DNA from: Macrostomum hystrix
Lineage: Eukaryota > Animalia > Platyhelminthes
Assembly (NCBI GenBank): GCA_950097015.1
Contig: CATNEN010000011.1
Coordinates: forward strand, 434,001-498,000
Direction: 5' to 3'
Length of the DNA stretch: 64,000 bases
This document shows positions 47,691 through 61,474 of the stretch, piece after piece (positions within the stretch are counted from its first letter, which is position 1; each line of letters starts with the position of its first letter). The notes beneath the pieces were generated by a model. It was not told where the DNA came from and made no database searches. It worked only from the letters and a program-made list of their open reading frames with translations. Position numbers and translations under genes: made by a program.

Positions 47691-50600
47691 AGGTGAATGA
47701 GCTGTTACACACAGTTCCTCAGTTTAGGCTGCTAGCTAGGTACTCTCCCAGATCTATATGGGCTTGAAAAAAAGTCGTATTTTATGAAACTAAACAAAAA
47801 AATCTTATGCAATTTACTGTCTGTGCCTGTTTTTCCGTCTGCGGTCAAGTCGTACAGATGATCATATCTAACCGATTATTCAGTAAACTAAAAGCAAAAC
47901 CCAAGCAGTAAAAAGATAAGCCCAAACTTTTAGTGTTTTTTAATAGCATTCTCAGAAATTTAATAGCAAAAGTTTCATGCTTTTAACTAAACTTTATTAC
48001 GACAAAAAAGTTTCAGTCGCTGCTGACTATATATAGTTAACGTAGTATTATATTTATAACGGAGTATAGCTTGACACTATATTTACACTTAGTTCCGCAG
48101 AACACATAACGCATACATTTATTCGCAGTTTACTAGTCCATTTCGCTGTGAGCTGCGACTGAAGTGTGAAAAACATTCATCTTAGACTCGTTTGATTTTT
48201 GTGGCAAATTATGAGCTAACTGCGTATTGCGATTAGAAAGTTTCCGTATCGAAACTACAGTATGGGTAAATATCGATAGAGTTAATTGTGTACATTTTTT
48301 ACCAGAGGTATTTAAACGACTGGCCGAAGAATGGCTCGATTTGTTTGGTGTTATGGCTTCACACCCAAAGCCGGCGACAAAGTTTTCGTCTATTGTCCGA
48401 AGACTCGCTTAAATAATCACAGCCGTCCCTGGCTAATATGGCCCGAAATCTTGTCAGTACGTTGAAAAATGGTTAAATCGATTTCATACAAGAAATTATT
48501 GTACTAATTATCTTGAAGAAAACACGCAAAGTGCAAACTGTATTGCATGTAGACAAGAGCATGTACGTCGTAATTCGTAATAGACAATAATTAGATACCC
48601 ACATCTTCAAAAATGGTAATATAAAAAGGAGCATGAATTATAATATATAGGCAGGGGCATAAATATATAAAATATGATCAGGAGCTGTGTGTAAAAAGAT
48701 GTGTACAGGTGTAAGAATGTAATATATGAACAGGAAAATGAATGTAGATGTGAACATGATCATGAACTGATGTATAAACGCGTATCCTAAAACGAAAAGA
48801 AATAATCTGCAACTCAAATATGGTTAATGGGCGTGTCAGTGCGTGAAACGAGCACCGAGACAGAGTGCTGGGGTACCCAGGCGGGCTTCGCAGACTAGCA
48901 GTCTTTTTCGCTTGACCAGTTGCTTAGCAAACCCATGTCTCTGGCCTTTGCTTGGCGAATCTATCCTCCAGCACAGATTCTATATTACCAGCACAGATAA
49001 TATAGAATCTGTCCTCCAGAGCCATCGATCGCAAAATTGAAATTTATTGGTCTATGGCCATAAACCTCATGCTAAGCGAATAGAGATAGCTTAGAGTTAG
49101 CTTATGAAAATCTAAGCGATATTAATTCCTAATTAATATTCCTAACATTAATTGCTAATTTCAAGTTGCGATATTAATTCGTATCTTAGGGTCCAAAGTT
49201 TTAAAGTTAAAAAGATTGACTGATCTTTTTGGGTTAATGGTTCACACTGCCATATTAGGAAAATTTTGTATTGGTTAGCTAAATACTTGTGGCCACATTT
49301 GCTTGTGGCTTTTAGAGCAAGCATTAACTAGCTCAGATAAGCAAAGATTCGGTGTACGAATCTCAAATAAGCACAGATATACAATACAAACAGTTCTTGA
49401 AATGCGTCGTGTGTGTCTACTGTTAGTAGACTATCAGGTTTATTCAATTAGTTGTCTGGGCAAATGTTGTCATATCGCTAAGTTGCTAAGGATCTTGAAA
49501 ATGTACGTTTATTTGAAAACTTAGGGAGTAGAAACTATTTTTTCGTTGTTTTTAATTTAATTGAAATTTAAATGTAAATTTTTGTTTAAATTTTAATTTA
49601 GATTAAATTAAATTCAAATTACTAGTAGAATATAGCCTCGTATCTAGCCTATAAGTTTCATTGTGGACAGGTGTTAGTTCTCACTTTTGTGACAATAATG
49701 GTTACGCTCTGCTTATCTATAGTAGGAGATTTCAGTAATTCTAGTAATTTCAGAATTTTTCTTTTAGTCAAAAGAATAACTGCTAATAGTCAGCTATGAA
49801 CTCCGGGGCAAATGACCAATACTTAAGCTATTAGCCGTAGTGGCCAGTAGTGGCTCATTGACTAGGCCATCTCAGGTCCACATAGAACTGTACATTTAAT
49901 TTCCGCTTCCAACATTTAGTGGAAACTTTTTACATTTGACGACTTAAAGCACGCGTTTTGAAAAAGTATGAAAAGTCTTAAATTTCTGTTAGCAACGCTC
50001 CATGGAGACAAGGTACTAAGGTTGAATACTGAGATGTCAAGAAAAAGATGTGGAGCACCGGGCTTGACATATCCACTTGTGACAACAGCTACATACAAAA
50101 ATGCAAGCCTAAGAGATTGAATGATGAATGGTGATTCAGTTTCGCCAATAGGCTGGCAGATGATGATTTACAACTGCAAGGCTTGACTACAAACACACGC
50201 ACAAACTGTAGCTGTTGGCTGTACTTGTGCGCATCACATGGCAATGTCGCGACCCGTTTTTATGTCCATGTGCGCATCAGACATGTGACGCGCTGAATGT
50301 GAAGCACTGAAGCTGCTTATAGAAAAATGTATCGGCTGTGTAGTTCAGGCATTGAAACATTGGCCCCGATCTTGGACACTCAACTGGCTTCATCTCTTCT
50401 CTTCTCTCGCTCCTTTCTTCCCTTTTGGTCTCATCCTCAGCCACTTTCTCCTCTCTCTCTCCTTCACACACGGATTCTCCCAACGCCCACCTCCGCTCAG
50501 AAACCCTAATCCCCACTTTTTTCTCCTCACCTTATACGCGGCCCCGCGTAGAGTTCCCCTCTTGTCCTTAACGCTTTTTCTCCCTTCTCCTTCTTCGCTT

Positions 50601-53600
50601 CTACTTTTGCCAAGCATTTCTTCCCGCGGTTTTTCTCCCCAGCGTGCCACTCCCCATTTATTTGGGCCACTATGCGTTCTCTTTCCCCAGCCCCAGTTCC
50701 CATCGACATCCCCTTCTCCATCGGCTACTCTTAACATCTCCTACTCTCCCTGGCCCTGTCTCTCTTTAGAAAAATTGTCCGTGTGTGTGCTCATGCAGCC
50801 TCACACTCCGCTAGGCATGCAAGTTGAATTTGGATTGGGCAGATTGGAATAGGGGAGGGAGGAGGGGAGGGGATTCCTTTCCCGTGCACCATTGGGAGCC
50901 TTGGTTGGCCTGGAGTATAGGGAATTGGTGAAGATTTTGGGAATTTTTTAAGGGCTACGTCTTTGGTCTCAGTGTTTTTCTCCCTCTTCGTTAGTACTAT
51001 TCGATCAGCTTGTAACTATATTTTTTCTACTTTTATTGCTTTAGTCTCAGTTCTTTAGATTTTTTTCGGCTAGTACACACAATGAGTTTCGAGACAAGCG
51101 GTGGTTTGCGGTACTGCAATCTACTTGATCTGGGAAGAGTCCGAGGCTCTGAAATCTGAACGTTTTTTATATTGATCTGCCATTTGGAATTCAATCTGTA
51201 AGTTGCTAAATAATTCAAGCATTCACAATAGCGTAGCTAGTTGACTTTAGAGCCGCATGATCAATCGAGGCTAGATCAATGCAAAATCTACACTAATTTT
51301 ATCCTACGTGAAATGGTCCACAGCATAGTGGATGCGAATATGCTGTATAGAAGGATCGCATCTCCCAGACAAACGTACAAATGAAATTAGGTTTGCTAGC
51401 TGAGTATTACAGTTCTAAAATGTGTGGAATAAGCGCAGTAAAAAACTGAATGCAGGCGAATGAGCGACGGGTTGAATAGAAAGAGAAACTCTGAGGCAAC
51501 AAGAGTTCATCGATCAAAGAAGAGACCAGGACAGGAGCGAGAGCAATAGGCTCGACTGAAGGGACGACTTGAGTGAAACGGGGCTGGAAATAAAACTGAG
51601 TGAGTTTACAGTCTGCACTAACATTCAGCCTAATTCACTACTCGCGCAGAAGAGCGATGATGCGGTCTGATAGGCGCGAGTTTTTTTCACTTTCTCTCTC
51701 TTATTGAAGAGTGCGAAACTTTCTAGTCTAATAAAGCAACTTAAGTCCAACAATTTGGCAACTTTTTTTATGCGTTAAGAACTTTCTCTGCGTCGCGCTT
51801 TGCGAGATTGGTATTGGATTGGATAGAAATGGAGACTTTACATGTAATTGATCATAAAACGCTGCGTATAGTTATTAAATTGCAGCGCTCGCACCGTTTT
51901 TAGGTTTACAATAGACATATCCGTCTGTTTATACTATTTATACAACTTTATTTACAATTCCGTCATCATCTGGGTGCAGTTGCAACAAGCGCTAATGGTT
52001 TAATGATTTAATGGTTTACGTAAAAAAAGCGAAGATATCTGTATTAAAAATGTACGAAAATATAAATGTGTACGATTTTTTCTCTAAAAATGGCTTCTAA
52101 AAGCTTTTATAATTAAATCTGTAAAACTTCCTAACAAAAATAATATATTTTTAAATAAATCAAGAAAGAACTAATTAATCTTCACAATAACGGTCTTGAT
52201 TTTACCTAATCTTGCCAGCTCCTGTATATACTATATTCTAGCTTGTGCAAAGCATTGCTTAGCAACTAGAAACTCCCCGATCGTATGCAACTTAACTGTT
52301 CACTTTTCGTTACGCAAACAATTCTTCGGCATCCAATAGTTTTTGCTATTTGTGCTGGCGATTGGGTCTCAAAAAGGCAGCGAGAGAGTAGTGTAGAGTC
52401 GTTGCGTGAATTATTCACTGTGTCAATTCGGGCGCTCTCATGGCAGCCTCTCCTATACTCCACAGTGTTAATTCGTACGACTGTAAAAATAAAAATACTG
52501 TCGTCTGGGCCTGTTTGGAACGCTTTCCGTGGACTAGCAGCATCGCTGGCTGCCAAGGTGCACACCTTCGTCTCCGCTTGACAGCTGTGCCTGTCAAACT
52601 GTTAGCTGAGTATTAGTATAGAGGAACGAGCATAGTCAACTAAAGCACCTGGCTATTGACATAAATCTTCCGCGAGCTCAGGGGTTTAACAGTGTTGAAA
52701 TTCTACGGAGGAGAGTCCACATCGTTGGATTTTTTAGGATAAAACACTTCGAGAAAATGTAGTGGATGGATGGAAATGTAATGGATAATATTCCAGATAG
52801 ATTTTGCATTCTTCTGCATTCAACAATCAATTTCCATCAATCACAGTACATGCTAGTGAAGAGTGGATGCATAAACAACTCATAATTGAGTACTGAGCAC
52901 ATACACACCCACGTGCGCACGTATTAGCATGTACCCACTGGCTAGCGGTGCTTACTTTCGGCACCTCCCTCGCTTTTCCCCTGGGGTAGCTGCTTATAAA
53001 GCACCCTTCTGTCTGTCCACTGTTCGTCAGTCACTTTTCCTTCCTCATTTTGGCCCCCAATTTTCTCTATCCTAGCCACTTTCCAGCAGTCTATTCCTCT
53101 CGCAATGTCATTCCAATCCATCGTCTCTCTCCCCCATACTCGTTGTTTCACGCCTCACCTAATCTCACGCAGCAACTTCCCCAATTTTGCATCCATTCGG
53201 TGCTGTTAAGAGTGAGTGCTGGCTAGTGTAATTAGTTAGCGCGTGTATTCATATTAGAGTGTAATAATTGGCATTCACTAGACTATAATTATGACTGTAG
53301 ACTCGAACTGTTTGAGCTTGACTTTATCGAGCTAGATAGAAAAGGTATTAAAAAATGGTTAGAGGGCACAACGAATTTAATGCCCGATTGAGCAAAGGTC
53401 GCTTGGTCTTTGATTTGCCGCTAGCGCTCACGCATTTTCACGGTCGAGTGGCTTTTCGACTTTGGCACATTGAGCGCACTTGCACTGGCCTCGCGCAGCG
53501 ATTGTGCAGCAACACAGGACTGCTTATTGACAATGATCGTCTCATATTTTCGATCGAAGTCTACCCTCTTCTTAATTGTCCTTTGTTGAGAGAAGCCTTG

Positions 53601-55749
53601 CTGTTAATCTGCTATTACCTTGCGCTTTACTACACATTGATCCTTAGATCGAATTAGATAGCTGCCATCCGTAATCTTCAGGTCGGTTGGTGCTCAGGCT
53701 TCAATATCCTAGGATTAAACAAATCACGATTCACCACTTCCTCGAAGGGGTATATGGGTATATCTTGCTAAAAAGGACTGCTACTTAATATGGCTCTTGA
53801 CGTATTTAAAAACTTCGACGAAACTTTCCTTGCTCTCTCCTCTGCATGCAGGCAAAAGTACTTTATTACTATCGGCTCATTGTTGCTGGATCAACAGATG
53901 CTAAAAAGAAAATTTTTTCTCGAGTAACGAAGTTTTAGAAAGTGTGTAACAGATATGAATAATGAATAGAAGAAAATTGATGCCTCATCTTCTTGAGAAT
54001 AACTCCCATGTGGGCGCTACTCTCCACTCTCCTCTCTTACTCCTTTTCCACTTTGCCGACGGGCTTGCGCTGCGTTGGAGAAGCTTGACTTGCGACGAAA
54101 AGTTTACGTGCCCTATTGGGAATTGGGTTGCCCGAATGATGACGTTAAAGTGGAAGAAAGGAGAAGCTTCAATAAGGATGTGGATCGCGGGATCGGAAAC
54201 TTTTGCTGATACTTTCTTGCCTGACCATTTCAAGCTCGTCAACTACACTCGTCAACTCGTATCTAAGCAAATTGGAACTGTATTATAGAACTAGCATGCT
54301 ACTCAGCTTTGCTTAAGAATGTTGGCACACTTGCCCAGCTTGCCGTCTTAGTTGTGCTGCTAATCCGACAATGGCTGGTTTAGAAGCAAGCTCTTGGGTT
54401 TCCGCATGAGTATATATTATTTTGAGTGCTATATGAATTGGTATGTAAGGTTTACAAAAACACAATATACTTATAAATTTTCTATAGAAAAGCTCTAGAC
54501 ACGAAGCACCCGAAGGCTGAGTGGATCTCCACCCACGCTATTTCGCTCTCATCTTCATATTGGTCTCCTTTTCGTTTGCTGAATGCTTAATGAAGCGACT
54601 GGGATTAATTCCCAAAGCCCCTTTTTCTATCCGTGTGAGATAGCCGCGGCGGCTAGACGCGTGGACGCGAAAAATCCCACTTTCACGGGTTAGAGAGAAG
54701 AGAAGAAGAAAAACGAGAGGGCTCTATATAGACCAAATGGGATTCTTATCTCATCTAACAGACGCCCATCTTATCTTTTATCTTTATGTACACACATATT
54801 CCGTCAGCGGGGACGAATATTCATGCCGAAATATAATATCCTCTTATGTCTGTTATGCTGCTTCATGCCAATGTCCAGATCTTTAAATGACAGGTGTTTG
54901 CAAAGCATTTTATTCCCGCGAGCTAAAACTAGTGTCTATTCGACTGCAATCGGACACTTCCTTCTAAGTGCTTTCCACTAATCCCTCATCCAATCCTCAA
55001 AAGCCGTGCCACAACGTCATATAACTTTGTTATCTTTCTTGAGATTTTGTTAGCAATTATGATTGACAACTAAATTAACTAAATATTAGCACAAAGCAAT
55101 AATATTTGTTAAACGGCACAAAAAATCAGCAAGCCAATCGTAAAGATGCGCTGGTACATGACATCTGGCATCAAATCTATGATCAATTGTTATTTGGAGG
55201 CTTATATTTGTGGTAGCATTCACTTCATTTCCATTAGTGCAGTGTTTAGTTAGATTCTTGGCTCTTTCCTGCTGAGTTGGTGTTCCGCTTTGCTATTCTA
55301 TTCAAATATTCTATTCAGTCTGTTTGTGTCAAACGGATCTCTCTGAGCTAGTCGGGAGGAAAGGCCTTTATAACCGATGGATTCTCGTCTCATGTCTATG
55401 ATGGAATTAGCAGATTCAGCTTTGCTTCTGTTTGAATTGTTCCCTCACCTCCATGGCTTCACGCTAGATTTCTGGATCCATATTTTCTAAAAGTCAACCC
55501 TAGCAGCCGAACAACCCCAGGCCATCCATATAAATTATTATTGTACTCCTGCCATCTCTCTGCTGTATTTTTTACGGCCTTGCCCGACCCCGGTGTTTTT
55601 GGTGCAGCATTGGTGCATTAACAATTGCCGATCTAATCTGCTAAATTGTAAAATCTCATTGGTTCACATGCTGGCCAATATAAAAGATTCGATGTCTGCC
55701 ATGCCATATAGTCTTCCAGTCAACCCGTTGCTTTCCCAATCATTCACAG

Positions 55750-56133
55750 TCCCGCTCCACCATAGACGATGGATCCGGTTCGTTCTCGTACTACGCCACG
55801 TTTGACGAGTCGGACGAAGTGCCCTGCCTTGTCCCTTCGGCTTCAGCTGGTGGACCGGGAGCTCAGGCCAATGCCATGTTTATCTTCCTCGGTAACTCGC
55901 TGTCCGAGCCGCGTCTGCCCCAGCAGATGCCCCTAGACTGCTACCAACCGGATCGCATCTACCTTGAGCGAGCTCGCATCGAACGGTCTCCAATGACCGG
56001 TTGTCAGGCAACTCGCGAGCTGGTATTTCACCTCTATTGTCTGGAACCGCCGTCTACTGCCAGCGGCGTCGGTCAGTGCTCACCGCAGAGATGCGACTTT
56101 GAGAGGCGGCTGCGATTTGGCGACTCTGTACAG
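55750..56133 (+). CDS. PHAF1: PHAF1, exon 2 of 3
   Basis: Acceptor CATTCACAG at 55749. MFIFLGNSL.E.R.P.MPLDCY...FERRLRFGDSVQ. Donor GTGAAA, phase 0/0. Confidence 0.85.
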
Positions 56134-56756
56134 GTGAAATTCCTCACTTTGCTCACTGCAGCTGCTCTGAATGTGAATCATTCTTAGATTTCTTAATTTA
56201 TCATGTCGATATCTAACTATCTCTATCTATTGACCACATGGGGTATTTCAAATACCCACTGCCTACTTCGGGGATAAAATTTTCCGCTTTATTCGATAAA
56301 ACAACTTCCAGAATCACAAAACAATGGCATCTTCGAGATATTAAACGCTTCTCGTGGGGTGTCTGGTGGCAAAAACCATCATATAGGCAACATTTTTATG
56401 CTCACAAAATTTCATCATGTAAACATGTCGCTATTATTGTTTTTTATATTGTATTGTTTATATTGTTATTCATTATATTATCGAACCAATATAGATTCGC
56501 CATACTGTTTTATACAGAGAAAGTTAGTTCTCCTTGTCACCAGGTTCTTCGATAAAAATCGCTGAATATCTCGACGATGCTGACGTCGGACAGCTTTGAA
56601 AGTTAGTCATTGGTGCATAATTCCCAATTTCGTCTATTTGTATTTCAGGGATCGGAGTTAAATAAAGACTTGGGAATTTGGAACTTCTGTAGTTGACAGT
56701 TCTAATACTTGAAATGCAATGCAAAGCTATTCCTTCATTTGGGACAATAATTTCAG

Positions 56757-57284
56757 GACGTGGAGTCCAGCCTTGGCAGCCCGTCGCAGGTGTTCTACAA
56801 ATCCGAGGACAAAATGCGCATCCACGCCAAGGACCCAGCCAGGCGACGACCGCGCACTAAACGATCCGACTATATCTACAACTATTTCACAATGGGCGTT
56901 GATCTGCTGTTCGATGGCCTTAGTCACAGCCTGGTCAAAGCCATTCTGCACACCAACTTTCCCGGGCATTACAATTTTAGCACCTACTATCGCTGCTTCT
57001 TTGATTTGACGCTGTTTAACTGTGGCGAATCGCAGCACCAGCTGGCCGAGCAGCAGCAGCAGCAGCAGCAGCTAGAAGTAAACCAGTTCACCAGGTGGGA
57101 AGAGATCTCGGACTGTTTGGGCAAGCAATCCGACAGGCCAGTTGTGCTGAATAGGCATGATTCAACTAACACCGTGAATCCATTCGGCCCTACTTACTGC
57201 TACGGTCACGAGGATCTGATCTTCGAGGTCATACCCTGCAACGGTCAGCTGGCGTCAGTCACCGTTTATCAGACCTCCGGCTAG
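56757..57284 (+). CDS. PHAF1: PHAF1, exon 3 of 3
   Basis: DVESSLGSPSQVFYKSEDKMRIH...DYIYNYFTMGVDLLFD...K.ILHTNFPGHYNFSTYYRC.F...NPFGPTYCYG...IFEV..NG.LASVTVY. Confidence 0.95.
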   Translation, partial: DVESSLGSPSQVFYKSEDKMRIHAKDPARRRPRTKRSDYIYNYFTMGVDLLFDGLSHSLVKAILHTNFPGHYNFSTYYRCFFDLTLFNCGESQHQLAEQQQQQQQLEVNQFTRWEEISDCLGKQSDRPVVLNRHDSTNTVNPFGPTYCYGHEDLIFEVIPCNGQLASVTVYQTSG

Positions 57285-57404
57285 GCTTGGGGCTTTGTTC
57301 TTGCTCGGTGAGTCCCTATTAAAAAAAAAATAAAAAAATAGTTAATATTATTAACTATTAATAATATTAATAGTTAGGTTAGGTAATCTAAGAATTAGAT
57401 TTTT

Positions 57405-57930
57405 GTAACCTGGGAATTTGAGTTTTGGTAACCTGGGAATTTGAGTTTTGGTAACCTGGGAATTTGAGTTTTGGTAACCTGGGAATTGGTGTTTTGGTAA
57501 CCTGGGCATTGGTGTTTTGGTAACCTGGGGATTTGAGGTTTGGTAACCTGGGAATTTGTGTTTTGGTAACCTGGGAATTTGAGTTTTGGTAACCTGGGAA
57601 TTTGTGTTTTGGTAACCTGGGAATTTGTGTTTTGGTAACCTGGGAATTTGAGTTTTGGTAACCTGGGAATTGGTGTTTTGGTAACCTGGGAATTTGAGGT
57701 TTGGTAACCTGGGAATTTGTGTTTTGGTAACCTGGGAATTTGAGTTTTGGTAACCTGGGAATTGGTGTTTTGGTAACCTGGGAATTTGAGGTTTGGTAAC
57801 CTGGGAATTTGAGTTTTGGTAACCTGGGAGTTTGAGTTTTGGTAACCTGAGAGTTTGAGTTTTGGTAACCTGAGAGTTTGAGTTTGCCTGAGGAATTTGA
57901 ATTTTGCTATTCTGGGAATTTGAGTTTTGC
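57405..57930. repeat. Minisatellite, 23-bp unit GTAACCTGGGAATTTGAGTTTTG, about 22 copies
   Basis: Read directly. Lies just downstream of the PHAF1 stop codon. Confidence 0.96.
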
Positions 57931-60668
57931 TAATCTGTAATTTAGAGGTAGGAATCTGGGATTAAGGAATGGGAGTTTGGGAGTCTAGAGTCAAAATTTT
58001 TATATTGATAAGTAATTATCAAGACGATATCTGAGGTTTCAAAAATGTTTGTAGAATCGACAAAGTTTTTATCTCCATTCTCGTATTTAGAGCTCTGTTT
58101 TCTTAAAAAATGTGTGTAAAACATTTATATTTTCAACAACTCTTAAGTTCTAAAAACTGGGATCGTGAATTTGCAAAACGGTGACTCCAGACGAGCGTAT
58201 TTTTGCACTCGTGTTGCTGTCCCAGTTTGCCAAGAAATTGCCAAGCCCAGTGCTCTTGTGCAAAGCTTCCGCTAAAAAGCTTGCTAGTCGATATATCAAT
58301 CTAAGTGATTTAGTAGCCCACTACTCACTGATTGACTCGAACTCAGCTTAGGAGCAGACTAAGAAAAAGCTCTAAAGCAAGTTGAAGTGCTTGATTGACT
58401 TGCGCGTCACGTCATTAGGCTTCTTCCGAGCGTGTGTTACGTAATACCTAACAGTGTGCTTCACAGCTTACTTAAAAAATAGCTTTCAACTTTATTATCA
58501 TACAAATTCAATTATTTCCACTCTTCAGAAGTGGTACCACGGCGTTTTTGTTTTTTATATGAATACTTTTATATATATAGATGTTTCTATATCAGCTATC
58601 ATTTTATTTCTAACTTCTTTCAGATTCAACTGCAACTTTGAGTCGGTTTTGAGTCGGATGAGTTCCTAATGGAATTTTTCAAGGACCATTCGCTGCTCGT
58701 TTAAAGTTTTAATTTTCGTACAATGGCTGCTTTGATCCGAAAAATATATTATATATCTGTGTACTATTATTAACTATGATAATATGCTGTCTTTCAATCA
58801 TTATGTGTGTATACTTCCTATTAAAGATTCCGTATGCTATACGCAATATCCACGTGTAAATATGTACATCACAAAACTATTAAAGTTTCCACATTCGTTG
58901 AAGTATTTGTAATCGAAATTCTCCTAAAGTGAAAGCAGTTGGCAGTTTTTTCGCAGTACTATTGACTGTTGTAGTACTCATAATAATTAAATACGTACCT
59001 ACTGTGAGATTTCTTTTTCATGTTTTTATGTATACATGTTTATGCCTATTAACGCATCAATATGCACCATTTAGGATCTGTCCTGACCGCAAGCAGTCAT
59101 TTTGAGCATTAAGTTTTGATTTATGAGCTCACTATGGTGATAGGTAATGTTGCTGCTTAATGGCCCACTCTCTTCCGGATCCTCACCCAGCGAGTTTTCC
59201 CAATAGGGGGGGCCTCTGCTGCGAAATCCCGTGAAGTTTTCCTGCTCGCTTGCTGTTTATTGCCCTGTCCTGTTTATGACACACAGGGGTGCCGTAAATA
59301 TTTGGTTCCCATCTGGTTATAACGCGTATACAGAGTATTGTGTATTTCCTAGGATTCATTGGAACACTGACATTATTATATCATATAATAATATTTATAT
59401 GATAAATAGCACAGACCGTTCAATTACCCCGTTCCTAGACAAGCCGTAAGCTATTCAATCGAACAGAGATAGGAACTCTGGCTTTAATCTGGCAGTTTAG
59501 TTAGCTAAAATGCTACATATTCATATATTGGCCCCTTAACTACAGAAAGTTAATCAAAGGCGAAGCACTACCTGGCTTAAGATAAAGAATTCAGGCTTTT
59601 TGGCCCCGGGTCGGTTCCGTGTAGAGTTGCCCTGATTTATGGAGACGCAGGGAGAATTACTCGACTGTAATGTCCCCTAAAGCAAGCAAATATAGGATTA
59701 GTTCGTGAAATCCCACATAAACACTTGTTTTGAGCAGTTTTTTTAGTTGACTCAGACTCATTTGTTTTTAAAGTGTTATCTTTTTATTTCCCATTTGAAT
59801 ATTCCCCATTTAAATATTCTACTACTCAATCGCGAGACTTCAATTTCCCCTGGGACAGAGTTTTGCCAGTTCCAAGTCAGTATCACTATCATATACTAGC
59901 TATATGTTTTAGTAATATTAAGCTATCCATATTTAGATTAGCGGAAACAGCGAAATAGTAGAAACTTCTTAACTTCTCTGCTTCAATGTATAGCGGCTCG
60001 TTTTCAATCAGTTCCAGACTATTGCTCGTTGAAATTGGCCGCGTTTTTTCTTTCTCTTCAGTCTCGGCTTCAGCATACTTAGAGTGTAATTTTGGCATTT
60101 TGATTCAAGTGGGAATATTAAAATTAGGATTCCTGAAGTGGGATTTCAATACTGGGTTGTCGGAAATCGGTGTTTTGTGTCCAACGTAAGATTGTGGATT
60201 CATAAGCAAGATATTGGATTTGGGATTTGGATTCAAGAGTAGGATATTTGAATAGGGATTCGAGAGTACAATTATTTGATTGGGGATTAGAGCTGGGTTA
60301 TTATGTTAAATTACTTACCAGTCGGTTATTGAAATAGAGATTTCGATTCAGATTGAACTTTTGCTAGCAAGTTACGCCAGCCCTCCCTGGGGGAGACAGA
60401 AGTCTCTTTGAAACTATTCTACATTTTCTATTCTTCTTATCAGTTGTGTAATAAGGCTAGCTAAATCAAAGCATATCTAAAGCCCATTAGTATATTCCTA
60501 GTAATTACAACTGCATTAAATATCCTCTAACCATATTTGCTTTTCAAAAAGTTGCAGCACAGAGTCAAAGGAATTTCATTGGCTCCTGTTTGATGCGTCG
60601 ATCTGTCTTCTTGCTTGATTTGCTTGGCCAATCAATTCAGTCCAGGCCTCTACGTTAACTGAAAAACA

Positions 60669-61163
60669 ATGCCGATTGCGCTACACAATCTCCTTTTAGT
60701 CGCTTCTGTACTGTTAGTTGCTTTCGCTACTAGCTCCGTTATCTGTCTCCATAGTAACGCGTCGTCTAGCTTAGCAAGGAATTCCGTAGCAAGTTCAGCG
60801 GCAATTCGTTATCGCGCCAGAGTTGGCCGGATTTTCATTGCTCACGTCGGCGAAGGCGGCGGTTCCGATGAGCCGGCGGCGCTGCCTGATTGGCTGCACC
60901 GACGTCCTGACTCGGATCTGGTTGAAGGCGTGCCGCTCAATCGACACTCCGGCCAGAGAGTGCGCCTGCCAGCCGCTGACGGTGGCGCTATTGTTGAAGT
61001 TCTGCCCAGAGCGTCAGCCTCAAGCTTTGGCAATGTTAGCGCCACGGGCGGCTGCTCCAGGAGGCCGCCTACTGTAGCCACGGTGCTGCTGGACCTGGAC
61101 CCGGAGACTGTTGGGCCTCAGCGATTGGCTGCTCTGTTGCGCAACATGTCAGCCAAGCTGCAG
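60669..61163 (+). CDS. DAG1: Dystroglycan, first coding exon (signal peptide and cadherin-like domain)
   Basis: Hydrophobic leader, ARVGRIF, ALPDWLH, LVEGVPL, C...PPTVATVLLDLD. These match the alpha-dystroglycan N-terminal region. Donor GTGCGC at 61164. Confidence 0.85.
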
Positions 61164-61207
61164 GTGCGCCTTTTTACTTTTTAGGAGAGTGATGAACTCT
61201 CCTTGTT

Positions 61208-61474
61208 TAATAATTGCAGGAAGGCTGCGGGAAATGGCACATCATTTGGTGACACTATACCGCAGTCAGCGAGGAGGCAATTCTGCCCATTTCGCTGACT
61301 CCTGAGCACACACTCACTCAGATACTGTACGCAGGCATACGCTCACACAGGTGTGTACATCTGCCCTGACTGTCTCATCGTCAGGCAGTGTACACTCTCA
61401 CTGTGCCTTGGAGGTTGGCCCTCAAGGTCGTAAATCGCACGACAAGCCCCAAAGTCTCCTCTCCGCGGCTGCGC
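61208..61474 (-). mobile_element. 5'-truncated structured SINE, copy 4 (no tRNA head), in dystroglycan intron 1
   Basis: Body colinear with copies 1-3 from GCGCAGCCGCGG to the CCTTCCTGCAATTATT tail. Confidence 0.88.

Noticed and set aside
50277-50852. 166-aa hydrophobic ORF and its antisense ORFs
   Set aside because: Pyrimidine-rich low-complexity tract giving Leu/Ser/Pro/Phe bias. No family motif.
52942-53151. ORF with WNDIARGIDCWK resembling the C-terminus of an RTE LINE ORF2
   Set aside because: Only a two-Trp spacing resemblance. No RT motifs or tail nearby.
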